Source: the human T2T-CHM13v2.0 reference genome, Homo sapiens
Length of the DNA stretch: 64,000 nt
NCBI RefSeq assembly: GCF_009914755.1
Contig: NC_060941.1
Reading direction: 5' to 3' (one strand)
Shown: positions 13,898 through 30,239 of the stretch, in pieces
How positions within the stretch are numbered: the stretch's first letter is position 1
How the letters are laid out: every line of letters begins with the position of its first letter
Notes under the pieces: generated by a model
What the model saw: the letters and a program-made list of their open reading frames with translations, nothing else
What the model was told of the DNA's origin: nothing
Databases searched by the model: none
Position numbers and translations under genes: made by a program

Positions 13898-14598
13898 TGT
13901 ATAATAAAGACTTTGGCCATTGTCTCTGGTTCCTGGAAGAGAGACTAAATCCTTATAATTTCCCAAGTAATAGGAGTGTCATTGTTATTTTAAGTCCCTT
14001 GGATCACACCTGAGTTTATGCTAAGAGATGAGATGACTCAGGAGGGGAGCTGGTCACTAGAAAGACCAACTGTGTGATTAGAAGGTTGAGGGCTTTCAGC
14101 CAGCCAGACCTCTGGGAGGGGAGATTGAGTTTAATCACGTAGGCTATGATTTAATCAAGCATGCCTACGTAATGAAGCCCTGATTTTAAAATACTCTGGA
14201 CACTGAAGGTCAATGGAGCTTCTTGGTTGGTGAACACATGGATGTGCTGAGAGGGTTGATAAACTCTGATTCCACAGGGAACAAACTGGGAAGCTCTGTG
14301 TTTGAGACCATCCCACACTTCACCCTAAGCGTCTCGTGCTTTTGGCTGATCCTGACAATAAAACTGTAGTGCTTGAACTCTGTGAGTTGTTCTGAGGGAA
14401 TTATCAAACTGAGAAAATTGAGGGGACCCTCAAATTTGTAGCCAGTTGGTCAGAAGTGCAAGTGGCCAGGGGACCCCACTTATGGCCCCATCTGAAGTAG
14501 GGACAATTTGGTGGTGGACTGAGCCCTTAGCCTGTGGCATCTGATCTAACTTCAGATGGCTAGTGTCAGAATTCAATTGCAGTACACCAGCTGGTGTC
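13898..14598 (+). mobile_element. MER21-family (ERVL) solo LTR
   Basis: TG...CA ends; ggatcacacctgagtttatgctaa, ggttggtgaacacatggatgtgctg, AATAAA, terminal gcagtacaccagctggtgtca. Confidence 0.8.
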
Positions 14599-16717
14599 AT
14601 AATAAGGTTATAAATCCAAATTTTAACAAAAACATTTGGGGGAAAAATATATTTTATATATATAAAAAACATATTTTTCATATATATTATATATATAAAA
14701 AACACATTTTTCATATATTATAATATATTATGTATATAATCTTATAAAACTAAATTCAAGTAGTAAATCTGCAATAACTGAACAAGCTATACTCTGAAAC
14801 TGAATACATCATTTTATGATCAAACCTGATCATTTGATCCTAAACAGAACTTTAGATCAAAAAAAAAATTAAAGAAATTTTAACATTTTTCTGGTTTTCA
14901 CAAAGATGATTTTATTTTTCCTTTTTATTTTGCAATTATCTTCACCTTCACAGTTATACCAATAATAATGATGACAATAACAATAATAATCCAGCAGGTT
15001 TAGAATTACACTGACAACCAAGGGAGACTTCAGGGAGATTACAGGATTACTGTTATGTTCAAGTCTGATCTTTATCTACAGGCATGTCCAGATGTTGGGA
15101 GGGACTGGCATATAAGTTTTGTAACCACATTGAACTAACCAAGATTCATACTCTTGACATAGAAAGGTGAATAAGATTTCTTAACAAAGCAGTCAAGAAG
15201 AATTTCTCTCATTTTTCAGCCAACATTCCCTCACCAAACTGGACATATCCTCAAATAAAAAAAAGTAGGACAGGGAGAACAATTAAGAGAGACAAGGAGA
15301 GTGATGAGGAGGGAAGGAAATCAGAAGCAGCCCTGCAGCCTGACTACAAATCACTGCCCAAAGGGAAGCAGGAAAAAGCAGGAAGAAAAGGAGAACTGCC
15401 CTGAGAATTACAAAGAGCATTAAGTATAGCGTGTAGTTCTCTACAATTATTCAAGGAATGCAGGAAAAGAAAGAAGACTGAGTGCTGTGCCTATGTGTGC
15501 CATGAGTACTTCGCCGCTCACTGAAGGACAACCATTCGTTTCTAGAAAATGAGATTCTGAAATCCATGGAGGCAAAAATGTACCGAGAGATGCTTGCTAA
15601 ATCAAGGATATATGCTTTTCTCTGCCAGCCATAAGGTATTTTTGAGGTAGAGAAGTGAAAGGATATTCTGAGACAAAGAAGAGAGGTACTTTTTCTGAAG
15701 ATGCCTCTGCTCATCTGCCGACCTCTGCTGGATCAACAGTGGCATCCAGTGGCCAAAAGTCTCAGCACAGACTTCTTTGTCTCCAGAAAGGGTTTCTATT
15801 GCTTTGGGTGAAGTGGCAATTTAGAACAAAACCATTTCTGGTGTCTATAACTAAGGTTCCCAAAAGACACAGTACTTTGTAATACCAAGTGAAGAACCAA
15901 AGGCCATAAAGAAGAAATGGAGAGGGGCAGGTTAAGATTGGCTGTGGTATTTATATTTCCTGTGGTATTACTAAAAAGAATGAAAGTACAGGAGGGGATG
16001 AACCTATGTGTGGGTGGAATTCCTAGATTTTCATTGCCTTAGAATACTTTTTAAAAGATAGTCTATAAGATAAAGTATTTTCATTTTAAAACAAAAGCAA
16101 TTCTGAAACAAAAACGTCCATATGTACATTTTATTTTTTAAAAGACAGGAAGGGACAAATAATGTAATTATCATGGCTTAATTCAGTAATTTATTTGAGA
16201 TTAAGAAGTTTGGTTCTGCAATGTAATTTTTAAAAACTGATTGAATTTCAACTGCTAAATTCAGGTGGTCTGTTTTAGGGAGATAATGAAACTGGCTCAG
16301 ATATAACCTCAACCCATAGCAAACATATAGAAAAGAAAAGCATTCCACCCAAAGTATTTTTTTGGTCTAATTGCTGATTTAAATTGTTAAAAAGAGTGAT
16401 TTTTCTGGCAAAGTTCTAGCAAGTAAAATGCTAGTAAATTCTTTCTAATTTTTTAAAAAAGAAACTATTTCCTCAGTGACATAATACAAGCAAGAATGAA
16501 TGGAGTAATCCTAAACTTTCATCTTACTTAGACCATAATTTTTCTCTTTAGATCAAAGAAGTGGGCACCAAAAGGCTCTTCTCTTTTGGTTCATATTGTT
16601 CATTTTTTGCCCTACATTTCTAACTAAAAAAACATGGAATTGTCATACACATTACTCCCCTTGATTCTCATGGTATACCTCTGGCTGGCTCGGGTGCACA
16701 TACCACCTCAAACTCAC

Positions 16718-16836
16718 CTGTTTGGATGAGATGTGGGCAGCATGAACTGGAATTCCACCACACAGGTGTTGTCCTTAAGCTGGCGGTGTTGTACGCTGTT
16801 AAGTTCATAGGCAATATAAGCCCTTCGAACATACAC
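16718..16836 (-). CDS. ACACA: ACACA exon, 119 nt, [10 protein letters not shown]...TSHPN(R)
   Basis: Acceptor AACCAG, donor GTGAGT; phase 0-2. Confidence 0.97.
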
Positions 16837-17859
16837 CTGGTTCAAAAGAAACCCTCAGTAAATAAATTTCAAAAACAGAAATTAAGAAAATAGCCCAGAA
16901 AAAGAGTCTTGAAACGAGGTATCTGAGGCAGAAGGTGCTCTGTGGGGAGAGAAGTCCCAAGGCCCTATGTATACGTACATATATTGCTTTAATTAATAAA
17001 GCTGGAGTCTTAATACTATAACCATGACTACTAATGAAAACAAAACTAGGCTGCCTCTGCTGGACACCTATGTGCACTGTAAACCTTCTTCCACACTAAC
17101 CTAAACCCTGGAGAAGGTTTAATCTTTAGCAAAAGACAGCATATAGAACTACAACTATTAATCTATTAAGCATGATCATTTCAACAGAAGATTAAGCAGT
17201 GAGAAAAATGAGAGGTGCTGATTTTGAGCCACTTACAGAGTGAAAATAGAAGACACAAGCAATCACAGTACAGTTCAACTCTTTTACTATCTCATGTCTT
17301 TGTCTTGCGTCCTCCCCGACTTCCCCACCCGCTCAAAATCAGTTTTCAGCAAACTCTGATCAAAAGCAGTAAGGCATAAGCAGTAAGACATAATTTGACA
17401 TATAATATCTCAAATACTTGAACTTGACTCAAGAGTTAAAGGAACAGCAATGAAATAAAATAAAAATAAATATAAATTAAAAAAAGAAACAGCAATAGGC
17501 TACATCTCTGCAAAAACTGTCAGTCCAACCTCACACATTTCACAGCAAATTTGCCATGCACATAAAATGCTACCTGAGATTCTATGGCACGGGAAGTATA
17601 TAAGGAAGCTTCTCATTAAATGACATAAAAACACTACAAAACACTTAAATGTTTTAAAACTTTTGGCATTTACTGAGTAGGATAATTTACACTCTACCAC
17701 AGAGTACAAATAAAAAGTAACACAAAAGAGCTGGCAACAGACTACCGTGATGTTACATTACATAAAATCATCTAAAACACTCTTTTTCCCCATCTTCAAA
17801 AAACAACTATTTGGCAACTTTACAGTGGTATTCAGGGCCTGCAATTTTTGTGCTTAATG

Positions 17860-18070
17860 AGGTAGTGTGCTGTAGCGGAAACAGAAGTCTTTGGAGTCAG
17901 ATTAGCCTGAGTTCAAATGCAAACTCTTCCACTTATTATCTATGTGATTTTGGACAAATCACTTAACCTCTCAGAGTCTCACTTTCTTCTTACTTCCTAA
18001 AGTAACTGTAGGATTAAATGAGAAAGATAAAATACCTAAAACACAGTTCATTAAATGCTATTACTTTCTT
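17860..18070 (+). mobile_element. MIR
   Basis: ctttggagtcaga...cctgagttcaaat...tgtgattttggacaaatcacttaacctctc core. Confidence 0.8.
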
Positions 18071-18505
18071 TCCTTTGAGGAAGTATTTCATAAGAGCTGC
18101 TTGACAATCCAAACATAACTAAAATCAATTTTAATTTGGCCCAAATCACACAATGGTAAGATGACACATGCTCTGATCAGCCATATATTTTCGCTTTTTG
18201 TGTTACAAGGAATCCTAATTCATTATGAAATGGGAGAATTCAAATACCTGGAAAATAGAAACTACTGAAAAATGCTGGCAGCTATTTTCCTGTGATTGGA
18301 ACCTAGAAGCTGGTGATGAGTTCAGATGAAACACTTGAGTAAAGTATCTGAGTAAGCACATACTGTTTCAGAGGAAAAGAGACTAACTACCCTTAAGAAC
18401 CAACCTTAAGGCCAGAGAACTAGAACTGACATGGCAGCCAAATAGACAGAAGAAACCAGCTAGAAACAAAGGAAAAGGTCATGTCCCATTACCATAAATA
18501 CTTAC

Positions 18506-18595
18506 CTCCAGAGCTGCCATCCTCACTACTTGGTTGCTGTGATAGAAGAAGTTTGGTAGGACATCAAAAATAGATGTTTCTGATAGGATGAGTTT
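18506..18595 (-). CDS. ACACA: ACACA exon, 90 nt, [10 protein letters not shown]...RMAALE
   Basis: Acceptor TTCTAG, donor GTAAGT; phase 0-0. Confidence 0.97.
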
Positions 18596-18709
18596 CTAGA
18601 AGATACAAAGACAGGCTTAAGCCTTACATCAAAAGGAGAACAATTTCAATGGACACTATTTGGCATTTGAAGCATTTAGTGAAACCTAAGAATTTTGTCT
18701 CTGAATGCC

Positions 18710-18825
18710 ATAATCTCTCTGTGCCTCAGCTTCCTGAGCTACAAAATGGAGAAAATAAAATACCTATCCTCATAGGGCTGTTGTATTATATGAGTAAATA
18801 CATGTAAAATTCTTGGAATACTGAA
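18710..18825 (+). mobile_element. MIR fragment
   Basis: ctctctgtgcctcagcttcct...aaaatgga...acctatcctcatagggctgttgt. Confidence 0.75.
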
Positions 18826-18912
18826 TTAACAATGCATTATTTGTATGCTAATATAAGTGTTTATGACTGTTATTCTTTTCTGACATTTATCTGAACTCTC
18901 TAAATATTGTCT

Positions 18913-19278
<366 letters not shown>

Positions 19279-19961
19279 TCAGCTATTAACCAAATAAGAA
19301 AAAACATCCTTTTTTCCCCTCTAGATTCCCCAGGAAGAAATGTTACAGAAAGTCTAAAGATTCCCCTGGGCCAGATATAACAATGGTATCCTTGTTTCCA
19401 GGTAGAAAAATATAAAGTCATTCCTGAGAAGATAACATTTAAAAAATAATTGCGGTGGTCCTTCTGATTAGTAGTAAAATTAGACAATAATCTCTTAAAA
19501 ACGGGCTTCTTATAAAGCTTAATAATAAGCATTAACATAAAATTAAAATTAAATGATACTTAAATAGCTTTGTCTCCAGAAGAGTAACAACTACCTATGT
19601 ATACATCTGATTCAAATATCATAAATCATCAGAGAAATGTGTGTGTGTATATATATATATATATCAGAAATCAACCAGCCTTGTCATTTAATTCTGGCCT
19701 AGAATACTTTCTAGGTAAAGTACAAAGATAAAGACTTCAATAGGACACTTCTATCAAGGCAGGCCTATTTGATTTTTAAGCTAAACCACAATTCTAACAG
19801 CATTTGTATGAAAAAAATATTCATAAGTATAAATCATTTTAGAAAGTCAAGATATGAAACTCCATTATATGGAAAATCAAAATTAATTAATTAAGTGACT
19901 AATTACTTAAACTATGCTTGAGAATAAAGGAGGTAAGAGTCCAGATAGGCAGGAAAGGGTT

Positions 19962-19984
19962 ATATATATATATATATATATATA
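19962..19984. repeat. (TA)n abutting an exon donor
   Basis: Read directly. Confidence 0.95.
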
Positions 19985-19985
19985 C

Positions 19986-20099
19986 CTGCAGGTTCTCAAT
20001 GCAAAATTGATGTCCATACATGTCAATAGCTGATAGGAAGATAGACTCTACTTGGTTATGGCGAAGCTCATATGATGGCAAATGGGAGGCAATAAGAAC
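19986..20099 (-). CDS. ACACA: ACACA exon, 114 nt, [10 protein letters not shown]...CIENLQ
   Basis: Acceptor CTCTAG, donor GTATAT; phase 0-0. Confidence 0.97.
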
Positions 20100-21332
20100 C
20101 TAGAGTGAGAACAAAATAGGAGGCACACATTCCTCGGAGTGATTATTCTAGACTCCTATTAGGCAGCTCTGATACAAAAGCAATAAATATAAATCTGTAA
20201 GTGCAGGCATCACAGATAAAACAGAGACCAAGTAAAACAACTTCTAGGTCCTGTAACATAAAGCCAGTGCCACCAAATACTGAATCTCAGTTGACTCTCA
20301 CCATGATTTGCATTGTGGCCAATTTCCCATGGTGGGTAGGGGGAAGGGAGAGAAAACAGCTTCGATCAAGTTCCATCAGTGTATGTGATTTACCATTGCA
20401 AAGCTGCTGGTCCTAGGGACTGCATGACTAGCTGTTAATTGGGAATCAGGTCTGGCAGGGAGCAGCTGTGGGAAAGGTAGATGCAGCAGAGCTAGCCTTT
20501 TACAACTCTGAAGTAGAAAGAAAGACTAGGGAAAGCTGCTTTGACAGCCCCAGGTACTCGGCACCAAGGAGAACGCGTCAGGAAGTAACACCAGTGTGTG
20601 TGAGGGGCAGAGAGAGTGAAAGCAGTGTCACAAACAAACAAACAGTGACACGGTAGGATCTGAATACCCTCAGCAGGTCACTGAGAGGTTCAATAGCTTT
20701 GAGTAGTTCAGTGACATGGATACAATTGTAGAGAAAGCAGAAGGTCACTGAACAGCTTCAAATGCTGCTTCCTTGTCAATGCCCATGCACTGAAACACAA
20801 AGGGAGTGCCAACTCTTGGCTTCCCTGCTGAAACCTTTTGGAATGGAAATGAAGACTGCAGGGTGAAACTAACTGGACTTCTCTGGGGTTGTTCTGATTG
20901 CTGCCGCCTAAGATTCATTTCATTATCTTTCTGCTTTCCACACTTGATTATTTCCTGTACACTTGGAAGTTTTCATCTGCTTCTAAGCTCCCTTTGGGAA
21001 GTAAGAAATACTGAGTCTATTTTCTTCCCTGAGTGTCCTTTCCTCCACCTGACCCTGGTTTACTATCACAGGGCTACTAGGGAGGGAAGGGAATGATACC
21101 AGGATTTTTTAATGGGGAAAGGGCTTCTATTTTAAAGAGACGCAGCACTAATCTTTTCCTTTCTCTTTAAAAAAACATACCACATGAAAACATTTGTTCT
21201 GAGGAAAACGTGACACATATATAGAAAATAACATGTTCTTTGTAAAGTGATTAAGCAAAAGTTCATTGTGTCTAGGACTGCCTGATCTATGAAAGCCATC
21301 CCTCCTTTAAGAAAACCAACAAATGTCCTTAC

Positions 21333-21446
21333 CTGGCGTGCTCGAAGTGCTACTTTGGCATTGGTGGTCTTACTGAGTTGAGTTAGCTCTGTGAGAATAT
21401 TCAGCAGCTCATCAGTGAGAGTAGGGTCCCGGCCACACAACTGATC
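21333..21446 (-). CDS. ACACA: ACACA exon, 114 nt, [10 protein letters not shown]...ALRARQ
   Basis: Acceptor AATTAG, donor GTAAGG; phase 0-0. Confidence 0.97.
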
Positions 21447-22423
21447 CTAATTGTTAATGTAAAAAAGAACATAGATAGTCATATTAAAAAGAACAGGTGG
21501 ATAGGATTTTAAAATAGAGAAAAGGAATGAAAACAAAGTAAACCCAGCTGGATTAATAAGAAAATGCAAACTTCCTATTATTTTTACCCTAAACAATGTG
21601 GTAAAGAAGATCCCAGAGGAAGTTTGGCTAAGGAGAGGCAGCCCAAATCCCTCATTCAAAATTCCTAATGTATTTCCTTATAAATCAACACTATACTTTT
21701 AACACGCAGAAGGAATCATTAGAGACCACTAAAAGGGGCCAAGGGGATTCTGAGTAAGAAATAATAGATATGTCTCAAAGTTTTAAGAGAAAGTTTTAAA
21801 TAACAGGGACTAAAGGCCTTCCTGTTTCCCCTCCCACTTTTGGAAAGAAGGTAGATATAAGGCAAAAAGAACCACCCCAGTGGTTTTCATCTCATAAACC
21901 AAATTTTCAGCAACCCAGGAGGATGCAAAACAGAAACACAAGAATAAATTATTTATTTATAAACACACACTAACTAAAACACCATCTCATATGCTGGCAA
22001 TTCTGCATCCCAAATCATTTCTCTTCTTCCTGTACCAAGAATCATTCCATGATACTTAAACATGTGAATCCTTAGCTGAATTAGAGGAAAAAAACAGGCT
22101 CCTACTATAGAATCCATGGTTTATTCAGTATTGGGTCCTTCCTCTTCTAAGAAGTAAAAAATGTTAAGAAAATAATCTCAATCATATTCTGAGAGAAATA
22201 TCCTTACTGGAGTCCAGTGGAATATCAGTTTATTCCCTAAATTCATCCATTATCCATGCAATTTCCATCTAAGCTGAAAAAAATGTAAATGCAGTTTTTA
22301 TAAATGTCTGTCCTTTTTGAACTTTACAGACCTACTGGTAGTAGTAATTATTAACACCACACCATATAAAATATATCCATTTAGATATCACTACCTCTAC
22401 TTGGAGTTTTAAATAATTGCCTT

Positions 22424-22921
<498 letters not shown>

Positions 22922-23855
22922 CTACTACCAATGGGACATGAAAGAAGACCCAAAGGGCCTGCTTGTTGCTGCATGTTAATCTCCCCACTTTGATTATCAG
23001 CCCTTTTCTTGAAGAATTTCTATTTCATACTTAACCTTCCCCATCTCAGGGATACTCTTTATAGACCTTTATCACAGAAGTATAAATAAATGCAGTATAA
23101 ATAAAAGACATGCTTTTTCCAAAACCCCTACCTTCCACATCACAAGGTAAATACTTTTGAAATACTCAATGCCATTATGCTGGGAAGGTTTCTCAAACCC
23201 TTTTTTTTTTTTTTTTTTTTTTTTGAGAAAATGATATAATGAGATTCTGGTTCCCTAATCCACCAATCAGAGGTCTGCTCTGACTGTCCAGAGTCATAAA
23301 ACATATGATGGGAGTTATAATTAAGGAAGTGCAAGTACTGTTTTCACCCATTTCACCCAGATAATTCACTCATCTGAGTGAGAAAAATAAAAGCTGCTAT
23401 TAAAGTGAAGATAAACCCAGAGGTTCTATTGAACAGGTAGCACAGATTAGAGAATCTGTTCTACCTATCCTAGGCATAAAAGCAAACAGGAGAAAGGAAA
23501 TGCAAGTAAGTCTCACCTTTTGCTGAGAACTAATGAGCAAAACAGAATTTCAAAGGAATATGTAAAACTACCAGAAACAGGACCATAGAAAGACAGAAGG
23601 AAAGAATTGACAGATAACAGTAGGTAGGGAAACCAACATAATTTTTTCCTACCTAAGTCCCTTTCCTAATGTTCTTAATAGAGCAAACATACTCCTTTCC
23701 GAAGTACTTACTAAAAGCATTGGAATGACCCACCAAAATGCCTAAAAACATAAGAAGTCTACTGGGTAATGCCACAACTCGACTCCTCTGTACAAAGCCA
23801 GACTAAAGTCTCAACATTAAAAACAAAAGCCAACATGACAAAATAAGAGCACTAG

Positions 23856-24595
<740 letters not shown>

Positions 24596-24781
24596 AGTTA
24601 CAGATCATGCTCTAACTTAAAAGACAAAACAAAGCAAAACACGTAAAAGCACTTTTTTTTAAAAACCACTTTTTTATTTTATCTTTCCACTATGAGAGAA
24701 AGGCAGTAAAAAAGGGCTTCAGGAAAAAACAACAGTATGTGTAAGAAAAGCGAACTATGGAGATTAGAAAAAATAAATGTG

Positions 24782-25428
<647 letters not shown>

Positions 25429-26085
25429 TGTGAAGTAATTATCAAACAGTATGAATTAACCACTATTTTCGTTAGTCTATTCTGACTTGGAAGTTTTCCA
25501 TTCAAATATTTTCTCCACTGTCATCATTAATACTTAGAAAAAAATTGGCAACAGAAAATTATGTATAGAATAACTTCCTCAACCCTGTCTTGTCCCTGAC
25601 CTAGACACAGCATTCAGGTTCTGCAAGAAAACATCAGGGTTTTTCAGAACCACCCATCTTAAGATGCCAACTAACATCCAACAGGAAGTTTATTACCCTC
25701 TGTCCTAGAGACAGGCTTCTTTTGGGCAACTGGACAAACAAACATCACCATCTAATCCTGGTGAACATTTTGTAAGGATACCTTTAGATGGTGTCTAGGT
25801 CAGCAGATGTGTTTAGTCAACATAAAAAGGTTTGTTTAAAGAGCCAACCTGCTGATTTTGGGATTACAGGTCACTTGCAAAAATCTGGCATCCCAATCCA
25901 CCAACCAAAGGTCTGTTCCAACTGTCCAGAGTCATAAAACGAAGTGAAAATTATTATTCAGCCATACTGGTACAAAACAGTTATTTCTTGCTTTTACTTT
26001 TGACCTAGATGGTAGCTAACTATAGGAAATAGTTCGAATTTGCAGAAATACAACAAACATGATAAAACGTTAAACCCATAGCCAA

Positions 26086-26229
26086 GGCTGGGCACAGTGG
26101 CTCATGCCTGTAGTCCCAGCATTTTGGGAGGCCAAGATGGGAGGCCGAGACCGTTTGAGCACAGAAGTTTGACAGCAGCCCAGGCAACACAGTGAGACCA
26201 CATCTTTAATTTAAAAAAAAAAAAAAAAA
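26086..26229 (+). mobile_element. FLAM
   Basis: Single monomer plus A tail; TSD CATAGCCAA. Confidence 0.85.
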
Positions 26230-27858
26230 GCATAGCCAAAGTTACACAGTTGACTGACAGAAGAAACCAACATAGTCCAACTTGATCTTAGAAGGCAATT
26301 CAAAACGAAAAGAATGTGACCTTATGTGTAATGCCCTCAAGACATTAACTATTATTTAGCCGGGTAGGCACTAAACCCAGGATCAGCAATGAACTGGTAG
26401 CTTCTTCTAGTCATATCTGCACTTTTTGATATCCCAAAAAATGTCATAGGGTAAGTTTAACAATTGTTAATATCACCCTTATTCAGTGAATGTGGAATCA
26501 CTGAGAAAGACTTTTCTTCTTTATTTACATATTGGACAAAATTATTTGCAGTCAGGTTAAGTGGAGGAAGGAAAGGTGCTGATCAGCATCATAAATTCTC
26601 CCCATCTAAACCAAATCAGGGGTTCATAGGCATGGCATTACTCATACAGAAGCATGGTTTATAGCATGTTCATGTGGACCGTATCAAAAATAAGTTACAA
26701 GTAGTGAGGGGAAGACTACTTACCATCAAGGTGGCTAGAAGATATGTACATTGCCATCTAGACAGCTATGAAGATGTTGATACTTTGTATTTGTACCAAT
26801 TAGCTTAATCTGGCTAAAGATTAAAGAGTTCCTTAAATATCTCTAAGCAAACATAAACAATGTTCTGAGTTCTAAGCTTTTTCCTATAAAGTTAAATTTA
26901 AGAAATAAGAAGAGCTTTCAAAAAATAAATGTACTATTGGTCTTCCAGACTTTGTGTTAAATTGTGTTACAATGTCCCTTTAAATGGAGGAAACCTGATA
27001 GGACTTTAGCCTTTTACCTGATACTTTGCTTTCCAGACAGAGTGAAAGATTACCAGAAATCTGCTTGAGAGTCCATGAGGCAAGTTACCACTGGGCAGGT
27101 TATGCTAACACCTGGAGAGGATGAAGGTACCTCTTTACTAGAGCAACGCATATCCCATGACATTGACTCACGGAAGCCTGAGTTTCTTGATACCTCCCTC
27201 CCTGTAGGTTCAAAAGCCCCAGAAATCATCATCTAGCTCAGCAAAGCATACTATCAACATTCCTACTTCTAGAAAGCAGAGAATGGAATACTGGGCACAT
27301 AACCATCAATCAGGAAGCCAAGATATGCAAAGAAAGGGGAACCAGCAGAGAACACAAGCTGGGGGAGTCAAAGTGCTACCATGTGCAGGTGACATCTGTA
27401 AAAGATACTAAGATCCGAGGAAAGAATAATCCAAACAACCAAAATGGCTCTTACCAGCTACTACCATTAATGCAGATGTGGGAGAGGAGGAGGGAGAGGA
27501 AGAAGGAAGGGGGAACAGCTAAGCGTTGTCAAAGAGGAAAAGAGGAAGACATGTCTGGCATTCAGTAACATCAGATCAGAAAAGAGCACCGTCTTGAGCT
27601 TTTACCCATGTTCCATAAGTCACTGCTAGCTGGCCCTGAGCTTGATCATATCATTAACTTCTTGATTTCCAAATCTCTAAGATGAAATGAAAACAACTGA
27701 TATTTGAAAAGAAATTAATGACATGAAAGCTTAGAGATCCTCTTACGTTTACTGGGTCTCATTTTGTTTTTGTTTTTTTTTTAAAGAAAAATGTAATGAC
27801 ACCAAAATAAAGAAAGGGACAAATCTGGCTTCCTGGTTCACATGTTCAACCGTCCTTA

Positions 27859-27911
27859 TCCTCCTCCTCCTCCTCCTCCTCTTCCCATCCCCCTTGTCCT
27901 CCTCCTCCTCC
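27859..27911. repeat. (TCC)n polypyrimidine repeat
   Basis: Read directly. Confidence 0.9.
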
Positions 27912-29968
27912 ATCCTATTCACCCAAACTCAAACTCTGAAACAGCTCTTTTCCCTAAAGAGCTCAGCCTGTTGGAAAGAAAGTCTGGGTACTATCCATGC
28001 AGGTAAGAAGTAATCAGGATGACAAGGTGGGAGAAAAAAAGAACAGCGTGGAAAGTCAGAGTCCCATTGGCTTCTGCCTGTCCTGACTGGCAAAAGCAGA
28101 AAGCAAAGCCTCAAACCAGTTCTCTGACAGGGCCCAACGCCTCTGCAGCACCCCCCGCGTAATTACACACTTGAGTGACTGGACTCTGAAGAAAATTGAA
28201 GGCCTGAGCTCCGAACAGCTGCCATTTTCTCTCTCCATCACACCAGCGTGATTACTTGAGAAATGAACAGCCCTGGCTCAAAGCTACTCCAGAATTCTCA
28301 GAGGAAATATGGCTCCGTGTTCCAATAATGAGATTCTTAAGGCAAGCGTTACTTACAATCACTCCGCAAAAGGAGCGAGCTGAGCCCCTATATCTTACAA
28401 ATTAGAATTTAAGAAACCCAGCGACAGTCTTGGACAATCATTACTCTTCCGCTGCTCCAAGGATTCTAGGCTTTGGTCTATTTTTAGTGCAGAAAACTGT
28501 TAAGTTCTTAAAAACGTAATCACAATAAAAAGAAAAACTCACCATAATTAGCTTCCTATAAAGGCAAATTCCACCCCATTCTAGGTCCAAACTGACAGAT
28601 TCTCCTACCCTCCTCATCATTACCCTTTTCTGACAGAAAGTCTTGGCTTTATCCAAATGAGATTTAACAATCCTTTCATTAAATTAAAAAAAACATCTAA
28701 ATAGTCTTTCTTCCTTCTTTTGACTGACAAAAAAAATTAGCAAGCTGCCATAGATTGTATCATTTCTTAGCTGAAACCTGTCACTTGGGGGAAGTTGAAG
28801 TATTACATTGTACTAACATATATATTTTTCCCTCTCAACTGCATCTTTCTCGTTTCCCTACCATCTAGCTATTCTAGGGTAGCAAAGGCAATGAACTCTC
28901 CCTATAATTACATATTTTTTAAAGTGGCTATTCTAAAAAATGTGATACGCTTTAGAGTTAACCAGCTAGGCATATAACTGAATGAGTGGCACTCTTGTTA
29001 ATCAGAGGTGTATGGTAGATAGTTTCCCTTCATTCTGAAGAAATAAAAAATAGCATGAAGATGTATGTTTTTTTCCTCCATGAAAAAATGATGTAATTAA
29101 CTTACCAAGAATCCCAATTCCACAAAGAGACAAAAAGAAAACTCTAGGAGTGAAAAGGCACTACAGTCCCCAAAAAGACAGGCATGCAGCAGCAAGGCAA
29201 ATGCTCAGGACCATGGGGTGAGGGACTCTAGGAGTAGTCCTACTGTACTAATTCCTACAACTAACTCAACCAGAATGAGCTAGGAGTGAAGGACTTGCAA
29301 GTCATCTTTAAAAATCCTTCAGCCCACAAAAATTCCACCCACTGGCTGAATGCACATTAGCTCTCATCAAACTTACCAGGCTCACTCCCTATTCCTACTT
29401 CCTACTAATTCTTATTTTACTAAGTTATAGGGAAAAAAATCATACATTTACTACCAATACAATAATCCGAGCTTAGATTTTCAATATAAATAAAAAGGGA
29501 CCAATGAAGATGCAGAATACATTTAAATTTCTCTGGTCAGAGAGGGGGAGTGCTGGATTTCTATTTATTTTTTTTCAAGTTTGACATGAGAGCCATTGCT
29601 TGTATCTATGGAACAAGAGTTAAAATTAGAATATATTGGCTAAATAAGATGAAATTTTAAAGCTGCTGTCATGATGACCACAGGAATGGTGAAGCACGAG
29701 GCATTTCTAAACAGAGTTAGGAGGTATAAGTTCCTGTGAATGAGTATATGCATAATGGCCAGAAGAGTCATTTTCTCACTAAAGCAGGTTCCTTCAGACC
29801 AAGGACAAAGGTAGATGTGAGAAACTGTTAATCCACAGCTCAAGCCCCATTCATCCCATAATTATAAAAGGCAGTAGTTTTTTTTCTCTGGCCATAGCCA
29901 TCAAAAGGAAAAAAATACTTTTTGCATATCATTGACGGTCTTTACAAGTTCTGAAAAATGGTACTCAC

Positions 29969-30093
29969 AATAAGCATTGTGACCAGAAGATTCTTCTTGG
30001 TGACTTGAGCGTGAGAGAAGATGTAGTTCAGTACAGTGTTCATGTCACTTTTATTCTCTTCTCGGAGGGCGAATACACATTTGTCATAGTGAC
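29969..30093 (-). CDS. ACACA: ACACA exon, 125 nt, (G)[10 protein letters not shown]...VTMLI
   Basis: Acceptor GTGCAG, donor GTGAGT; phase 1-0. Confidence 0.97.
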
Positions 30094-30239
30094 CTGCACA
30101 CCATGAAAAGAACTGGTTCTCACCCATGTATAAATGTTCACATTTACATGCTATTTGTTTTGTACTGTCTATAATTTATGAGACGAGCAGTGAGAAGAAA
30201 CATCATAAGGATTTTCTTGGATGGATTTGTACAGAAACT

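Noticed and set aside
16677-16717. Alternative donor GAG|GTATAC 39 nt downstream of the exon 16718 donor
   Set aside because: It is much weaker than the upstream CAG|GTGAGT, and the extension begins with an in-frame TGA; nothing supports its use.
29280-29450. Cluster of short stems (TGAAGGA/TCCTTCA, GACTTGCAAGTC, CCCTAT/ATAGGG)
   Set aside because: The stems are short and mutually exclusive, and an H/ACA layout fits only on the strand antisense to the host gene.
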